Positions 17,850-27,822 of a stretch of DNA of 64,000 nucleotides are shown in pieces; within the stretch, counting starts at the first letter, position 1; each line of letters opens with the position of its first letter. The stretch is from a bacterium (GTDB taxonomy: Bacteria > CAYTYR01 > UBA6262): positions 1,026 through 65,025 of the forward strand of contig JAQTQE010000007.1 in the NCBI GenBank assembly GCA_028712365.1, read 5' to 3'. The translations under genes and the position numbers were made by a program. The notes under the pieces were generated by a model. It made no database searches. It was not told the origin of the DNA and saw nothing but the letters and a program-made list of their open reading frames with translations.

Positions 17850-20800
17850 TTATTTCAGTATCGCGAATTTCTTAGTTATCTTGAGCTTATCCGAACCTCT
17901 GGTCGCCACGATCCGCGCGATGTATACTCCACTGGCCTGTCCGGATGTATCCCATTGGTATTCATATGCATACTGGCCGTTAATGATAGTCGGAGTATCG
18001 GTAATCTCAAAGCTGTCCTGCAGGTCACCGGCGACATCATAGATGTATACTTCTACCTTGTCTGCTTCTCCCACTTCCACATGGATCACCGGTTGTTGGC
18101 TTTCCTTAGCCGGATTCGGATACACATAAGTCTCTCCTTCAACAAAGTCAGTGCTGGGCGCGTAACCCAGGGCCGCTGCTGCCATCGTGGTCGGTGAGAA
18201 TTTGAGCGCTACCCCGTTGCTGATGCTGGCGGTAGGATACGTTACTCCAGCGGTGCCGGTCGGATTCTCGATCCCGATCACCGTGGTCAGGTCTTTGGTC
18301 ACTGACTGGTATTGGTATACGATCACGCCGGTCTTGTAGATGATCACCTGGAAAGTTTGCTTGTTGGTGTTGGCGTAGTTATAGACGCTCCAGGTTACCA
18401 CAAACTTATCGCTATAGCTGCCATAAGTTATGGCACTGCCGGATTTGGCCGGATTGAGGTCCCGCCAGTAGGCGGCTAAGAGCGCGTTCGGCTGGTAACT
18501 GCTCGGTATGGTGACTGGTGAATAAGCGGTGCTATTGGAGACAAAGCTCATAAAGCCGTTGCCGCAAACATAGACTGAACTATAGCTGACGCCGTAGAAG
18601 CTGACCGTGAAAGGCAAGGTGAACAGCTTGCTCTGGTCATCCAGGGTAATGCCGGTCGTAGTGCTGGTGGTGATCCAGCTGTATGGCGTCGTGTTTACCG
18701 TATAAGTCGGCGCGTTACCTACCTGGATCAGGATCCCGTTGCTGGCCGCGGTATAGCTGCCATACAAGGTGGCTCCGTTACGGGCACGTACTCGCGCGTA
18801 GTAGGTTAACCCGTTGGTGCAGCCGCTGATGGCCTTGGTGACTACATTGCCAACATACTCATTGTAGGCAAAGGTACTGAATGATGTATTGGTGGATACT
18901 TGCAAAGTATACCCACTGATCCCGCTTTCCGCGTCGACGGCAGTGCCTGCGGTCCAGTTAAAGGTAAGGCTGGTGGAGGTGGAGGTTGTTCCGGCATCGG
19001 TCGGAACTGATGGCAAACCTGTCGGGGCAGTGGTATCGATCTTGATCCCGTTGCTGCTGCCACTGTATGTGCCGTACAAGCCGCCGCCGTTCTTGGCCCG
19101 GATCCGCGCATAATATGTCTGGCCCTGGGTGCAACCAGTGATGGTCTTGGTCAGAACATTCCCGGTATCACTGTTAAAGATGGAAGTAGCAAAAGTAGAA
19201 CTGGTGGAAACTTGCAGGGCATACCCGGCTATACCGCTTTCCGCGTCTGCCGCGGTACCTATCGTCCAGTTGAATACCAAGGTCGTGCTGGTGCTATATA
19301 CTCCGGCATCGGTCGGTACAGTGGGCGTACCGGTAGGAGCGGTTGTGTCCGCGGTCTGCACCAGTATACCATTACTGGCGCCTGAAAAACTGCCATATAA
19401 TCCAACGCCATTCTTGGCCCGGACGCGGGCATAATAAGTCAATCCATTAGTGCAGCCAGAAATAGACTTGGTCAGCACAGTGCTTACATCTCCATTGAAG
19501 ATAAAGGTGCTGAACGCGGTGCTGGTTGATACTTGCAGGTAGTAGCCATTTAAGCCTGATTCCGGATCAGCGGCGGTACCGGCAGTCCAGTTAAAAGTTA
19601 AAGTAGTACTACTTGAAGCAGTCCCCGCATCCGTTGGTACGGATGGTGTACCCGTGGGTGGAGTAGTATCCGTCGCTACCGGTACTTCATCATAAGAAAC
19701 TTCGTCTACATAAAAAGTAATGGGACTGGAGATGCCGGTATTGCGTGACGCTTCGATGAAAAAGTACCATACTCCATTTATGGAGCTGAGATTTAATCCA
19801 GCCAGGTCAATGGTAATCGGCTGCCAGGCAGTAGTTAAAGTGAAGGCAGACTCTTTCTTGGCAGTATCAGTAGCTTGACCCGTACCAAAGGTGACTACTA
19901 CGCCGTTAACTGAAGATTTTGCCAGGAAGGTCAGGCGTTTATTGCCGGTTAAGTTAATGCCTGCTCCATTCCAGTTCCCGGAGTACAAACTATAAATACC
20001 AGCCCAAGTCTCTGCTGAGGGATTATAAGTGAATTTTGTGCTGGTGCTGCCGCTATACTTCTCGCCGGTAAAAGCCGGATCACAAGTCAAGCTTGCTCCG
20101 TTATTGGATCCCATCCAGCCGGTAAGACCGTTCAGCCAGCTAGTGTCCCAATACATGCGATATGGGAACGTGCCTGTACCGCCGCTGTCTGAATGGTCAT
20201 AGGCAATAGTCATATCATTAAGATAAGGAGTAACTGCGGTATTGGTAGTGGCCAGGAAAGCCCTGACGCGCAGGTCAGACCCGGATGAAGGGAAAGTATA
20301 TTTTGTACCAGGGGTAATATCACGCCAGCTGCTACCACCATCATTACTCAAACGGAAAGTGAGACTCTGGCCGTTCAAGGTAGCGTTATAGGTTAAGGTA
20401 GCTGCTGTTATGTTAGTAGTAGCAATATCTATGGCCGTAGTCTCGGCAAAGGAACTAGTAACATATGATGTCCCTGCTGAGAACAAAGCCAGGTCACCGG
20501 ACCAAGCCCTGGTCCCGGCAGACAATATCTTATTGGCATACAGGTTACTGTTAGACATCCAGACGCCAAACAATCCGCCGGCTCCATCAGTGGCAATTTC
20601 AGCTCCGCTTTGGTCAATGAAATCAGTCTGGCAAATCTGGACACCGCCAGACGTCCATTGCGTGGCGTCAGTAGAACTAAGCTTTTGTCCGCGTAATGTA
20701 TAGTCATAACCGCTGCCAGTATCATAACGATCACGGAAAACGATATATTTATTTCCTGAGTAATCCGTGGCTATGTCTGCCAGCTCTTTTTGCAGGTACA

Positions 20801-21725
20801 TGGCCCCTGTATTGGAGATCTGGATCGGGCCAGCCAGCCTGGTACCGCTGGAATTATATTTTTCATAATATACCGTATAATTAACATTGTAAACAGCGCA
20901 AACATAACCCAAGGCATCTACTGCTATTTCTACTTGCCCCGGAGAGCCAACATCTACTGTCCAAAGGGTATTGCCACTGGCATCGATCCTGGTAATAGCG
21001 CCGTTAACGCTGGCAGTATAGGTATAGCCAACATTACTGGCAATAGCCGGGTCATTACCATTATTATACTTATCGCCCCAGAGCTTGTTGCCATTGATAT
21101 CAAACTTGGACATAAATGAGCCGGTCCCCTGGGGGCCATACCGCTGATAGATCACATATATATTATTACTATTGTCAACTGCCAGGTCATGCAGGCACCA
21201 TTCCGCTGAATAAGCCGCGGAATCAGCTTGCCGGTCCCATTGATAGTCCCCATTGGAATTGTATTTTAAAAGCCTCAGGTTACCAGTACTGACCGCGTAA
21301 GATACATATATATTACTACTGCTGTCACAGGCTACTCTTGGCGCCTGATCCCAGACACCATCCAACAGCACTGACTGGTTCAGTTTCTTATCTCCCCAGA
21401 TTTTGGTCCCGCTGGTATTGTACTTGGCGCCATAGACATCAATAGCCCCGTTACGGCTGTCTATCCAGACCATGATCATGTTGCCGGAGGCATCACGCGT
21501 TATGTGCATGCTCTTCTGGGTATAGCTGGCTGTGCTGGTGGTCGGCAAAGAAACTTGGCCGGTGGCAGTGTTCCATACCGCGGTGGTATTGGATGCTTTG
21601 TAGGTTGTACTAGTGAAGGTTTCGGTAAAACTGGTGGTGGTAGCTAGAGCCGCCTGCCCATAGCAGAGACAGGAAAAAATAGCTATGACCCTTACTGCAG
21701 ACTTAAGAATGGTACTCAACTTCAT
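17850..21725 (-). CDS. Giant secreted T9SS cargo protein (1291 aa) with beta-propeller-like repeats, three tandem fibronectin-III-like repeats and a C-terminal Por sorting domain.
   Basis: The signal is LCYGQAALA. Three ~97-aa repeats (PTG.PSVPTDAG...LTFNWT.GTA.D.ESG..GY.LQVST...GCT.G.TYYARVRA.NG.GLYG) show up as ~290-bp DNA repeats at about 18840-19700. The C-terminus is YVYPNPAKES...GVYIARIVATRGSDKLKITKKFAILK. Confidence 0.7.
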   Translation of the reverse strand: MKLSTILKSAVRVIAIFSCLCYGQAALATTTSFTETFTSTTYKASNTTAVWNTATGQVSLPTTSTASYTQKSMHITRDASGNMIMVWIDSRNGAIDVYGAKYNTSGTKIWGDKKLNQSVLLDGVWDQAPRVACDSSSNIYVSYAVSTGNLRLLKYNSNGDYQWDRQADSAAYSAEWCLHDLAVDNSNNIYVIYQRYGPQGTGSFMSKFDINGNKLWGDKYNNGNDPAIASNVGYTYTASVNGAITRIDASGNTLWTVDVGSPGQVEIAVDALGYVCAVYNVNYTVYYEKYNSSGTRLAGPIQISNTGAMYLQKELADIATDYSGNKYIVFRDRYDTGSGYDYTLRGQKLSSTDATQWTSGGVQICQTDFIDQSGAEIATDGAGGLFGVWMSNSNLYANKILSAGTRAWSGDLALFSAGTSYVTSSFAETTAIDIATTNITAATLTYNATLNGQSLTFRLSNDGGSSWRDITPGTKYTFPSSGSDLRVRAFLATTNTAVTPYLNDMTIAYDHSDSGGTGTFPYRMYWDTSWLNGLTGWMGSNNGASLTCDPAFTGEKYSGSTSTKFTYNPSAETWAGIYSLYSGNWNGAGINLTGNKRLTFLAKSSVNGVVVTFGTGQATDTAKKESAFTLTTAWQPITIDLAGLNLSSINGVWYFFIEASRNTGISSPITFYVDEVSYDEVPVATDTTPPTGTPSVPTDAGTASSSTTLTFNWTAGTAADPESGLNGYYLQVSTSTAFSTFIFNGDVSTVLTKSISGCTNGLTYYARVRAKNGVGLYGSFSGASNGILVQTADTTAPTGTPTVPTDAGVYSTSTTLVFNWTIGTAADAESGIAGYALQVSTSSTFATSIFNSDTGNVLTKTITGCTQGQTYYARIRAKNGGGLYGTYSGSSNGIKIDTTAPTGLPSVPTDAGTTSTSTSLTFNWTAGTAVDAESGISGYTLQVSTNTSFSTFAYNEYVGNVVTKAISGCTNGLTYYARVRARNGATLYGSYTAASNGILIQVGNAPTYTVNTTPYSWITTSTTTGITLDDQSKLFTLPFTVSFYGVSYSSVYVCGNGFMSFVSNSTAYSPVTIPSSYQPNALLAAYWRDLNPAKSGSAITYGSYSDKFVVTWSVYNYANTNKQTFQVIIYKTGVIVYQYQSVTKDLTTVIGIENPTGTAGVTYPTASISNGVALKFSPTTMAAAALGYAPSTDFVEGETYVYPNPAKESQQPVIHVEVGEADKVEVYIYDVAGDLQDSFEITDTPTIINGQYAYEYQWDTSGQASGVYIARIVATRGSDKLKITKKFAILK

Positions 21726-21989
21726 TGTTGCCCCCTAAAAAAAATATAGTCCCCCGCTTCAGTGTTTGAAAATGCTATCAAATTGATACAATCATGCTCG
21801 TATCACTTTGATCATACTTCCACACACGTCAACGGAGCACTATTTTAGGTTACCAACAATGCTTAATGAGCACCCGAGATTGGCGTCTTTTGTTTTGTTT
21901 TTTGGAGTCAGCACTAAATATAACAGTTATATTCGTTTTGTCAAGCGGTATTTTTTTAAGAACGACGATTACACGGATTCCTGATCTTC

Positions 21990-23507
21990 TTACTTAATTG
22001 CTTCCTGCTTCAGGATCTTCCAAGTCCCTTGTTCCTTCTTGAAAGTCAGGATCAATTCCCCTGCACTGATCGTGTCCAGGATCTTCAATTCCCGGAATAT
22101 GCCATCGATCTTATACGTGTAGGTAAGCGTAGCGGAATCAGGACCGGCAAAGACTATCGGGTTGCTAATAGCGTATATTCTTTTAATATCATCATATTGC
22201 CGGAAAATATCGTTGATCCGGAGTTTATAAGTCTCAAAATCAATGCTTTTAACGGTAGGATCATCAATGACGCATTCAGTACTGTACGCGACCATATAAT
22301 CATCAATACTCTTGGTCTTTTCAGCTTGTTTGAGCTTTTCCAGGATCTCTGTAATAGCCTTGGTGTTTTTCCTTTGTTCTTCCTCACTGAGCGCGACCGC
22401 GGCCAAGCGGGCCGGTTGGTCAATATTACTACGGATAAAAGTCTGGTTATTATCCCGGCTGACCTCTTGCAATGCTTTATCTCTATCCAGTATGCCCACT
22501 ATCCTCATCCGTTTAGCCGTCGCGCCAAAAGTATAACTGACTTCATTGTTATAAGAGCCCTGGCTGGGTATTTTGGGTATATCTTCATAGAGCCGGCTGG
22601 TTTCTTTGTTATCTTCCAATACCAGCAATTCCAATATACAGGGCGTGCTAGCTCCCAGCCCGATATTAGCTATGGTATATTTTATCTTGTTCACCGTGCC
22701 GGCTACGGGCGGCATGGCGGCCAGTTCCATTTTAGCCAGGGTTAGGTCCGGCAAAATCGATTCAACCGTAAAAGTGGTTGCTTTTTCATTATTAGTGCTG
22801 TTAATTTCACCCAGAGCGCTGTCCCGGTTGATCACAACTTTGATCGTATGCTCCCCCGGCTGGGTAAAGACATACTTAATAGCTGTGTCCCTATTCTCTT
22901 TCACCGGCAAATAGACTTCATAACTTATATCCTGCGTTTCCCTGCCGTCAATGAAAAATTTCAGGTTGCAGGGAGAGAGCCGTCCTTCATCAGCGCTCCA
23001 TACCGGCCGAAAGGTGATAGTCTCACCGGTTTCATATAATTGTTTTAACGGTTCAAGCTCAAGTCGAACGATCCGGAAGTCAGGTTTTTTTTCAGGTATT
23101 ATCGTAAAGGATGCGGTCTGGACTACCGGCAGGATGGTTTTCAGCTTGATCTCCACGCTTCCATTCATTGCTTTAACAGCGTTAGGGGTATAAGCTAATT
23201 CAAATACTTTCTTTTCTCCGGCGGCCAATGGCGATAATAAAAACTCTTTGTATAATTTACGGTATCCAGTGGTCCGGGGCTTTCCTTCTTCAATAACCAC
23301 GGTAACCATTTCCGCGGATACAGGCAATGATCCGGGATTCCTGACACTAAAATTGATCAGTACTTCTTTATTGCTTACTAAGGGTTGAACCGCGGAAAAA
23401 CCGATACCTTCTATAACCAGGGCAGGACCGGCCTGTTCAGCAAATGCCGAACAGGAAATAAGGACGCATAATAATGATAAATATAATATTTTTCTGGTCC
23501 TGTCCAT
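21990..23507 (-). CDS. Secreted hypothetical protein with repeated CARDB-like beta-sandwich domains and an NTF2/SnoaL-like C-terminal domain.
   Basis: It has a signal peptide with a Cys (LISCSAFA). The architecture is repetitive. I did not recognise a catalytic motif. Confidence 0.45.
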   Translation of the reverse strand: MDRTRKILYLSLLCVLISCSAFAEQAGPALVIEGIGFSAVQPLVSNKEVLINFSVRNPGSLPVSAEMVTVVIEEGKPRTTGYRKLYKEFLLSPLAAGEKKVFELAYTPNAVKAMNGSVEIKLKTILPVVQTASFTIIPEKKPDFRIVRLELEPLKQLYETGETITFRPVWSADEGRLSPCNLKFFIDGRETQDISYEVYLPVKENRDTAIKYVFTQPGEHTIKVVINRDSALGEINSTNNEKATTFTVESILPDLTLAKMELAAMPPVAGTVNKIKYTIANIGLGASTPCILELLVLEDNKETSRLYEDIPKIPSQGSYNNEVSYTFGATAKRMRIVGILDRDKALQEVSRDNNQTFIRSNIDQPARLAAVALSEEEQRKNTKAITEILEKLKQAEKTKSIDDYMVAYSTECVIDDPTVKSIDFETYKLRINDIFRQYDDIKRIYAISNPIVFAGPDSATLTYTYKIDGIFRELKILDTISAGELILTFKKEQGTWKILKQEAIK

Positions 23508-23531
23508 ATATAACCCGGCCTAGAGAAAATT

Positions 23532-23557
23532 AGGGGACATAATTTTATATGTCCCCT
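23532..23557 (-). terminator. Hairpin terminator downstream of the small membrane ORF.
   Basis: A 10-bp perfect stem (AGGGGACATA aattt TATGTCCCCT) is followed on the minus strand by AATTTTCTCT. Confidence 0.4.
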
Positions 23558-23584
23558 AGTCGATCGGAAAAAACAACAAGCTGA

Positions 23585-23773
23585 CTATTTTTGTACCTTG
23601 GTCATTTCCATTAACGAAAGAGCAATGGAAAAAGCCAAAGAACAAATTGTGAATTGGCCATATGCCTTGACCGAAAATCCCAATAATTCCGATCCCTTCA
23701 TAGCTGCGGCCACCATGGATGTAACAAACCCGACAAAAGCTAGAAAAATGAATATTTCAGACCAACGTCTCAT
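23585..23773 (-). CDS. Small two-TM membrane protein (62 aa), hypothetical.
   Basis: There are two hydrophobic helices and a downstream hairpin. It is the last ORF of the tol-pal run. Coding status is uncertain. Confidence 0.3.
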   Translation of the reverse strand: MRRWSEIFIFLAFVGFVTSMVAAAMKGSELLGFSVKAYGQFTICSLAFSIALSLMEMTKVQK

Positions 23774-23796
23774 TTCTTCACCCCCTTGCTGTTATT

Positions 23797-23895
23797 TGGG
23801 TATTAGGTTAGGAAATAAGTTTGGTTTAAGGTCTCTGGGTGTTAGGCTCCAAACCACAAACCTCAGACTTACTTCCATACCTACTTCTACAACTA
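23797..23895. repeat. Intergenic palindromic repeat, family A, core TACTTCCATACCTACTTC[TC]ACAAC. Copy 1.
   Basis: It is an imperfect inverted repeat whose right arm reads ...CAGACTTACTTCCATACCTACTTCTACAAC. It lies immediately 3' of tolR. Confidence 0.6.
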
Positions 23896-23969
23896 TTAAC
23901 CTTTCTTCAGTTTTCACGAATTCTTAAGAATATATATAGCAAAAAATACATTATTTTGTAAAGCTCTTT

Positions 23970-24377
23970 CTATGGTTTTTCCGGTTCCGTGGCGATAGCC
24001 AGTTTTTCCACTCCGCTTTTTTTCGCGACGTCCATAGCCTGGACAACCACCCCATGCAGTACCGCCCGGTCCGCTTTTATGATCAAAGCAGTATCTTTAC
24101 GGGTGGAATATTCTGCTTTCAATTCCTGGGGTAAAGTAGCCAGATACACTTTTTTTTCATTAAGATAGAACTGGTTATCCTTGGTAATGGTCAACACCAG
24201 CTGTTTTTCCGGATGGGGATCGCTTGTGGCCGCTTTTGGCAGTTTTACTCCTATGGCCTGTGGTAAACCAAAGCTGGCCCCGATCATAAAAAAGATGACC
24301 AGGTTAAAGATAACATCAGTCATCGGGGTTGGGTCCAGCCGCTCTATCAGGCGATGATGTCTTCGCTTAAACTTCAT
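23970..24377 (-). CDS. tolR: Biopolymer transport protein ExbD/TolR.
   Basis: It has a single TM (VIFNLVIFFMIGASF) followed by a periplasmic ExbD fold. Confidence 0.85.
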   Translation of the reverse strand: MKFKRRHHRLIERLDPTPMTDVIFNLVIFFMIGASFGLPQAIGVKLPKAATSDPHPEKQLVLTITKDNQFYLNEKKVYLATLPQELKAEYSTRKDTALIIKADRAVLHGVVVQAMDVAKKSGVEKLAIATEPEKP

Positions 24378-24394
24378 AATGCCCTCATGTCCTT

Positions 24395-25042
24395 CTAATC
24401 TTTTTCCCTGGTCACTATACCTACCAACTCAGCCGATCCTTTTTCTATTCCCAGTACAAAATTATCTACCTTGGAAATAAAATAATTATACGCTACCACT
24501 GTGGGGATCGCGATGAAAAGGCCGTAAGCAGTGGTTATCAGGGCTTCACTCACTCCACTGGCGACAACCTGGGGAGTAGTGACATTGGCCGAGGCAATGG
24601 CATTAAAAGCGGCGATCATCCCGGTTACCGTGCCGGTAAAACCAAGCAAAGTAGAAACACTGGCTAAAGTGGACAAAGGAGATAAAAACTTTTCTAACCG
24701 GGGAATAGCATCCAGCCCCGCTTCTTCCATGGCTTCTTCCATAGCTACCCGGCCATGCTCTTTATCTTTTAGGCCAGCGGCCAGGACAAAGGCCACCGGA
24801 CCGGGAGTCTTTTCGCAGAGGGAGATCGCCTCAGCGACCCGGTCCGCATAAACCATTTTTTTTAGCTCCGCCATAAAACCGGCCAGATCGGTTTTAATCC
24901 GGTGATAATAAAAGAACCTTTCGATGATGATCGCGGCCGATAATATGGAACACATTAACAGCGGCCACATCATTATTCCGCCCTTGGCAAAATACTCCAG
25001 CACGATTTTCTCCTTTTTTTCGCTTTTACTCTCAACTACCAA
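24395..25042 (-). CDS. tolQ: MotA/TolQ/ExbB proton-channel protein.
   Basis: It shows the three-TM topology and the conserved C-terminal helices (LGFTGTVTGMIAAFNAIA...). Confidence 0.85.
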   Translation of the reverse strand: MVVESKSEKKEKIVLEYFAKGGIMMWPLLMCSILSAAIIIERFFYYHRIKTDLAGFMAELKKMVYADRVAEAISLCEKTPGPVAFVLAAGLKDKEHGRVAMEEAMEEAGLDAIPRLEKFLSPLSTLASVSTLLGFTGTVTGMIAAFNAIASANVTTPQVVASGVSEALITTAYGLFIAIPTVVAYNYFISKVDNFVLGIEKGSAELVGIVTREKD

Positions 25043-25085
25043 CTACGAGCCCCGCTGCAAATCGGGGCGGACTATGAACCGGTTC

Positions 25086-26387
25086 CTAAGGTGACCAACT
25101 GGGGGTTTGTATCTCTCCCTTAAATTGGTCAGAAAATTCCCCGGGAAACAAGGGTCGCTGGCTAGAGCCGTCATTATTCATGACAAACAATTGGCTTTGA
25201 CCGTTACGCGTACTGACAAAAACCAGGAATCTCCCGTCAGGCGACCAGCTGGGATTTTCATTACGTTTGGCCCCCTTGGTCAACTGCTGCTGGTAATTAC
25301 CGCTGAGATCGGTAGTAAAAATGTTAAATTCACCCTGTGACATCCGGCAAACATAGGCGATCCGCTCGCCGGTTGGCGACCACTCAGGAGAATCCGTGTA
25401 AGTGTTGTTGTAGATCAACCGGCGCACATTCGCGCCATCAATATCCGTTACGAAGAGTTGCGGTATCCCGGTCCGGTCGCTGATAAAAACAATGTCCCGG
25501 TTGCTTGGCGACCAGCTGGGAGAAGAATCAATATTCTTATTATTGGTCAGGCGGCGCAGCATTTCCCCGACAGGATTCAGCAGGTATAACTCAGGATTAC
25601 CATCTTTGCTCAAGACGATCACCAGTGAGTTGCCGTCAGGAGAATACCTGGCCATGGAATTCAGGCCCTGGTAGCCCGACAACCTTTTTCGCCCGGTGCC
25701 ATTCTCTTTAATGACATATAAGTCAGGATTATTATCCTTATATGAAGTGTAGAGTATCTTATTACCATCAGGAGTCCACTTTGGCAGCAAGACCAGGGAA
25801 TTTTCCTTGGTCACCTGCTTCAATCCATAACCGTCGTAATCAACCGCGTAAATCTCCCGGCTACCTTTGTAGTCGCCTACAAAACATATCCGGGTATGGG
25901 CGATCCCTTTTTCGCCGGTATAGCGGAAAACTATTTCATCGCTGAAATCGTGGACAGACTTGCGCAGGATAGGCTTGACCGCCTTATATCGCACCCCGGT
26001 GACCCTGACCTTACTGGCAGTATCGAACAGATAACATTCCAGGAGATACTGGCCATCTTTTTTAGAGATCGTTCCTTTTACTACCGCGTCCACTCCCTGT
26101 TCGCTTAATTCATTATAATCCAAGGTGGCAGACTGCAATTGTTGTTCTTCTATCCCTTCGGTTATAGTAAAATATCCGGATAAGTACAAGTCATTCTTGA
26201 TGATCGCCGCGATCTGGGCCCCCATATTATCTTCACCCAGGTCTTCGATTTCAGTAAAAGGCGCCACGGCTACGGTTATCTTGCGGGAGTCAAACCTGGA
26301 GACATCGATTCTGACATCAGCCGGAGCCGCAAAAGCAACAGAGACTATGCTAAAAAGTATTATTAAAAGCAGATAAATTTTGCGCAT
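25086..26387 (-). CDS. tolB: Tol-Pal system beta-propeller protein TolB.
   Basis: It has a signal peptide, an N-terminal TolB domain and repeated SPDG/WSPDG blades. Confidence 0.8.
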   Translation of the reverse strand: MRKIYLLLIILFSIVSVAFAAPADVRIDVSRFDSRKITVAVAPFTEIEDLGEDNMGAQIAAIIKNDLYLSGYFTITEGIEEQQLQSATLDYNELSEQGVDAVVKGTISKKDGQYLLECYLFDTASKVRVTGVRYKAVKPILRKSVHDFSDEIVFRYTGEKGIAHTRICFVGDYKGSREIYAVDYDGYGLKQVTKENSLVLLPKWTPDGNKILYTSYKDNNPDLYVIKENGTGRKRLSGYQGLNSMARYSPDGNSLVIVLSKDGNPELYLLNPVGEMLRRLTNNKNIDSSPSWSPSNRDIVFISDRTGIPQLFVTDIDGANVRRLIYNNTYTDSPEWSPTGERIAYVCRMSQGEFNIFTTDLSGNYQQQLTKGAKRNENPSWSPDGRFLVFVSTRNGQSQLFVMNNDGSSQRPLFPGEFSDQFKGEIQTPSWSP

Positions 26388-26388
26388 G

Positions 26389-27072
26389 CTAATCCTCTTT
26401 CATAATATGGTTAAAATGGAAATGTATATTCAGCTCTTTTTCTTGGTACCCTTCTGGCAAAGGAAGAAATTTCTGGCAGCGCAAAATCGCCTTTAAGGCC
26501 AGCTGATCATAAAAATCAACGCCTGAAGATTTTTCTATTTTTAAGTCCTTGATCGTCCCGTCTCTTTCAATTAGAAAATAAACAACTACTTTATGCGAGG
26601 CGATCTGATTAATATCCCAATTGCTTTTCACCTGTTTCGTAAGGCTATTTAAATAATATTGATAATTGAAATCTTTTACATCAGGCACAGCCGTTGTTAG
26701 CTGCGTTTTAGCCGGGGCCGCTTCTACCGGAGCCGGAGCAGCCTGTGGGACTGTTTTAGCCTCTGGCTTTGGCTCAGCGGCTTTTCCTTTTGGCTTAATG
26801 ACAATGGCCTCTTTTTTCGGTTCTGCTTTTTTCTCTTTTGTCTTTTTTGGTTCCTTAGCTTTCTTTTTTTTCAGGACCGGCTTGACTTGTTCCGCCGGCT
26901 GAGCGACACTGGGTGGTTCAGCGACAGGCAATGATACCAGTTCTACCGGGGAAGAGAGCCAATAACGCACGGTCTTCCGCTGGAATCGCGGCCCCGTCAT
27001 CACAAATAAAGCTATATGTAAACAAAGTGACAACAATAACGCTCTTTTAAGGGTCATTTCCGGCGTTATCAC
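26389..27072 (-). CDS. TonB/TolA-like energy-transducer protein, probably the TolA functional analogue.
   Basis: It has an N-terminal TM, a Lys/Pro/Ala-rich linker (KKKKAKEPKKTKEKKAEPKK...) and a C-terminal TonB_C-like domain (VVVYFLIERDGTIKDLKIEKSSG). Confidence 0.65.
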   Translation of the reverse strand: MITPEMTLKRALLLSLCLHIALFVMTGPRFQRKTVRYWLSSPVELVSLPVAEPPSVAQPAEQVKPVLKKKKAKEPKKTKEKKAEPKKEAIVIKPKGKAAEPKPEAKTVPQAAPAPVEAAPAKTQLTTAVPDVKDFNYQYYLNSLTKQVKSNWDINQIASHKVVVYFLIERDGTIKDLKIEKSSGVDFYDQLALKAILRCQKFLPLPEGYQEKELNIHFHFNHIMKED

Positions 27073-27078
27073 TATATC

Positions 27079-27816
27079 CTACTCCTTCTTTTTAGGCTTA
27101 TTCCATTCCTTCTTTTTTTCCTCGGCAGACTTGGCTTCATCAGAGTCAGGATATTGGTCTATAACTTCATCCAGCAAGGCTAAAGCTTCTTTTTTCTTGT
27201 CCGTTAATTCCAAGGCTAAAGCAATTTTAAGTTTGGCCGGGGGATTTTTAATGCTTTGGGCATAAGCCAGGTTGACTTTCTTGAATTCTTCGATCGACTG
27301 GTCATATTTCTGCTGGCTGAAAAAACTCTCCCCGATCCAGTATTGGGCGCTGTCTGCCAGTACCCCGGCGGGATATTTCTCCAGGTATTGCCGAAATCCC
27401 ATTATCGCCAGGTCAAAATTACCCTTGGTATAATCAGTATACGCGGTCTGGTAAAGTTTTTCCGAAGAAACCGTTAATTCAGCCGCGGCCCGGTCTTCCA
27501 GGGCTTTTAACCGCGCTTGATGCGCGGCCTCCAGGTTATCTATCCGCAAACCGATCTTATCCATTTTATTATTACTTTCGTCAACTTTAGCTTCAACCTT
27601 TTGCTGGCCAAGTTCCAGGGTGTCCATCCTGGCCCCGATGTCCGCTTGACCGATCTTGATCTTCGAGGTGGATTTGCTCATGCCCTGCTGTACTCCCCCA
27701 ACCTGCTCCTGCAGCCTGGCCAGGTCCTCTTGCAGCGTAGCCATTTCCTCCCTGGTAGCAAAACAACCAGGCAGGCATAATCCGCCCAATATAAATAATA
27801 AAATTATTCTTTTCAT
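27079..27816 (-). CDS. cpoB: Tol-Pal system protein CpoB/YbgF (coiled-coil plus TPR).
   Basis: It has a lipoprotein-like signal, an N-terminal coiled coil and C-terminal TPRs (YTKGNFDLAIMGFRQYLEKYPAG...AQYWIGESF). Confidence 0.75.
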   Translation of the reverse strand: MKRIILLFILGGLCLPGCFATREEMATLQEDLARLQEQVGGVQQGMSKSTSKIKIGQADIGARMDTLELGQQKVEAKVDESNNKMDKIGLRIDNLEAAHQARLKALEDRAAAELTVSSEKLYQTAYTDYTKGNFDLAIMGFRQYLEKYPAGVLADSAQYWIGESFFSQQKYDQSIEEFKKVNLAYAQSIKNPPAKLKIALALELTDKKKEALALLDEVIDQYPDSDEAKSAEEKKKEWNKPKKKE

Positions 27817-27822
27817 ATTCGC

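Noticed and set aside
18842-19434. Small ORFs of 89, 74 and 101 aa on both strands within 17850-21725.
   Set aside because: They fall exactly on the three ~290-bp FN3 DNA repeats and are frame-shifted or antisense artefacts of the large gene.
17850-21725. A diversity-generating retroelement or other hypervariation system acting on the FN3 repeats.
   Set aside because: There is no reverse transcriptase, template repeat or accessory gene in the window. Repeat similarity is uniform rather than showing adenine-focused mismatches.
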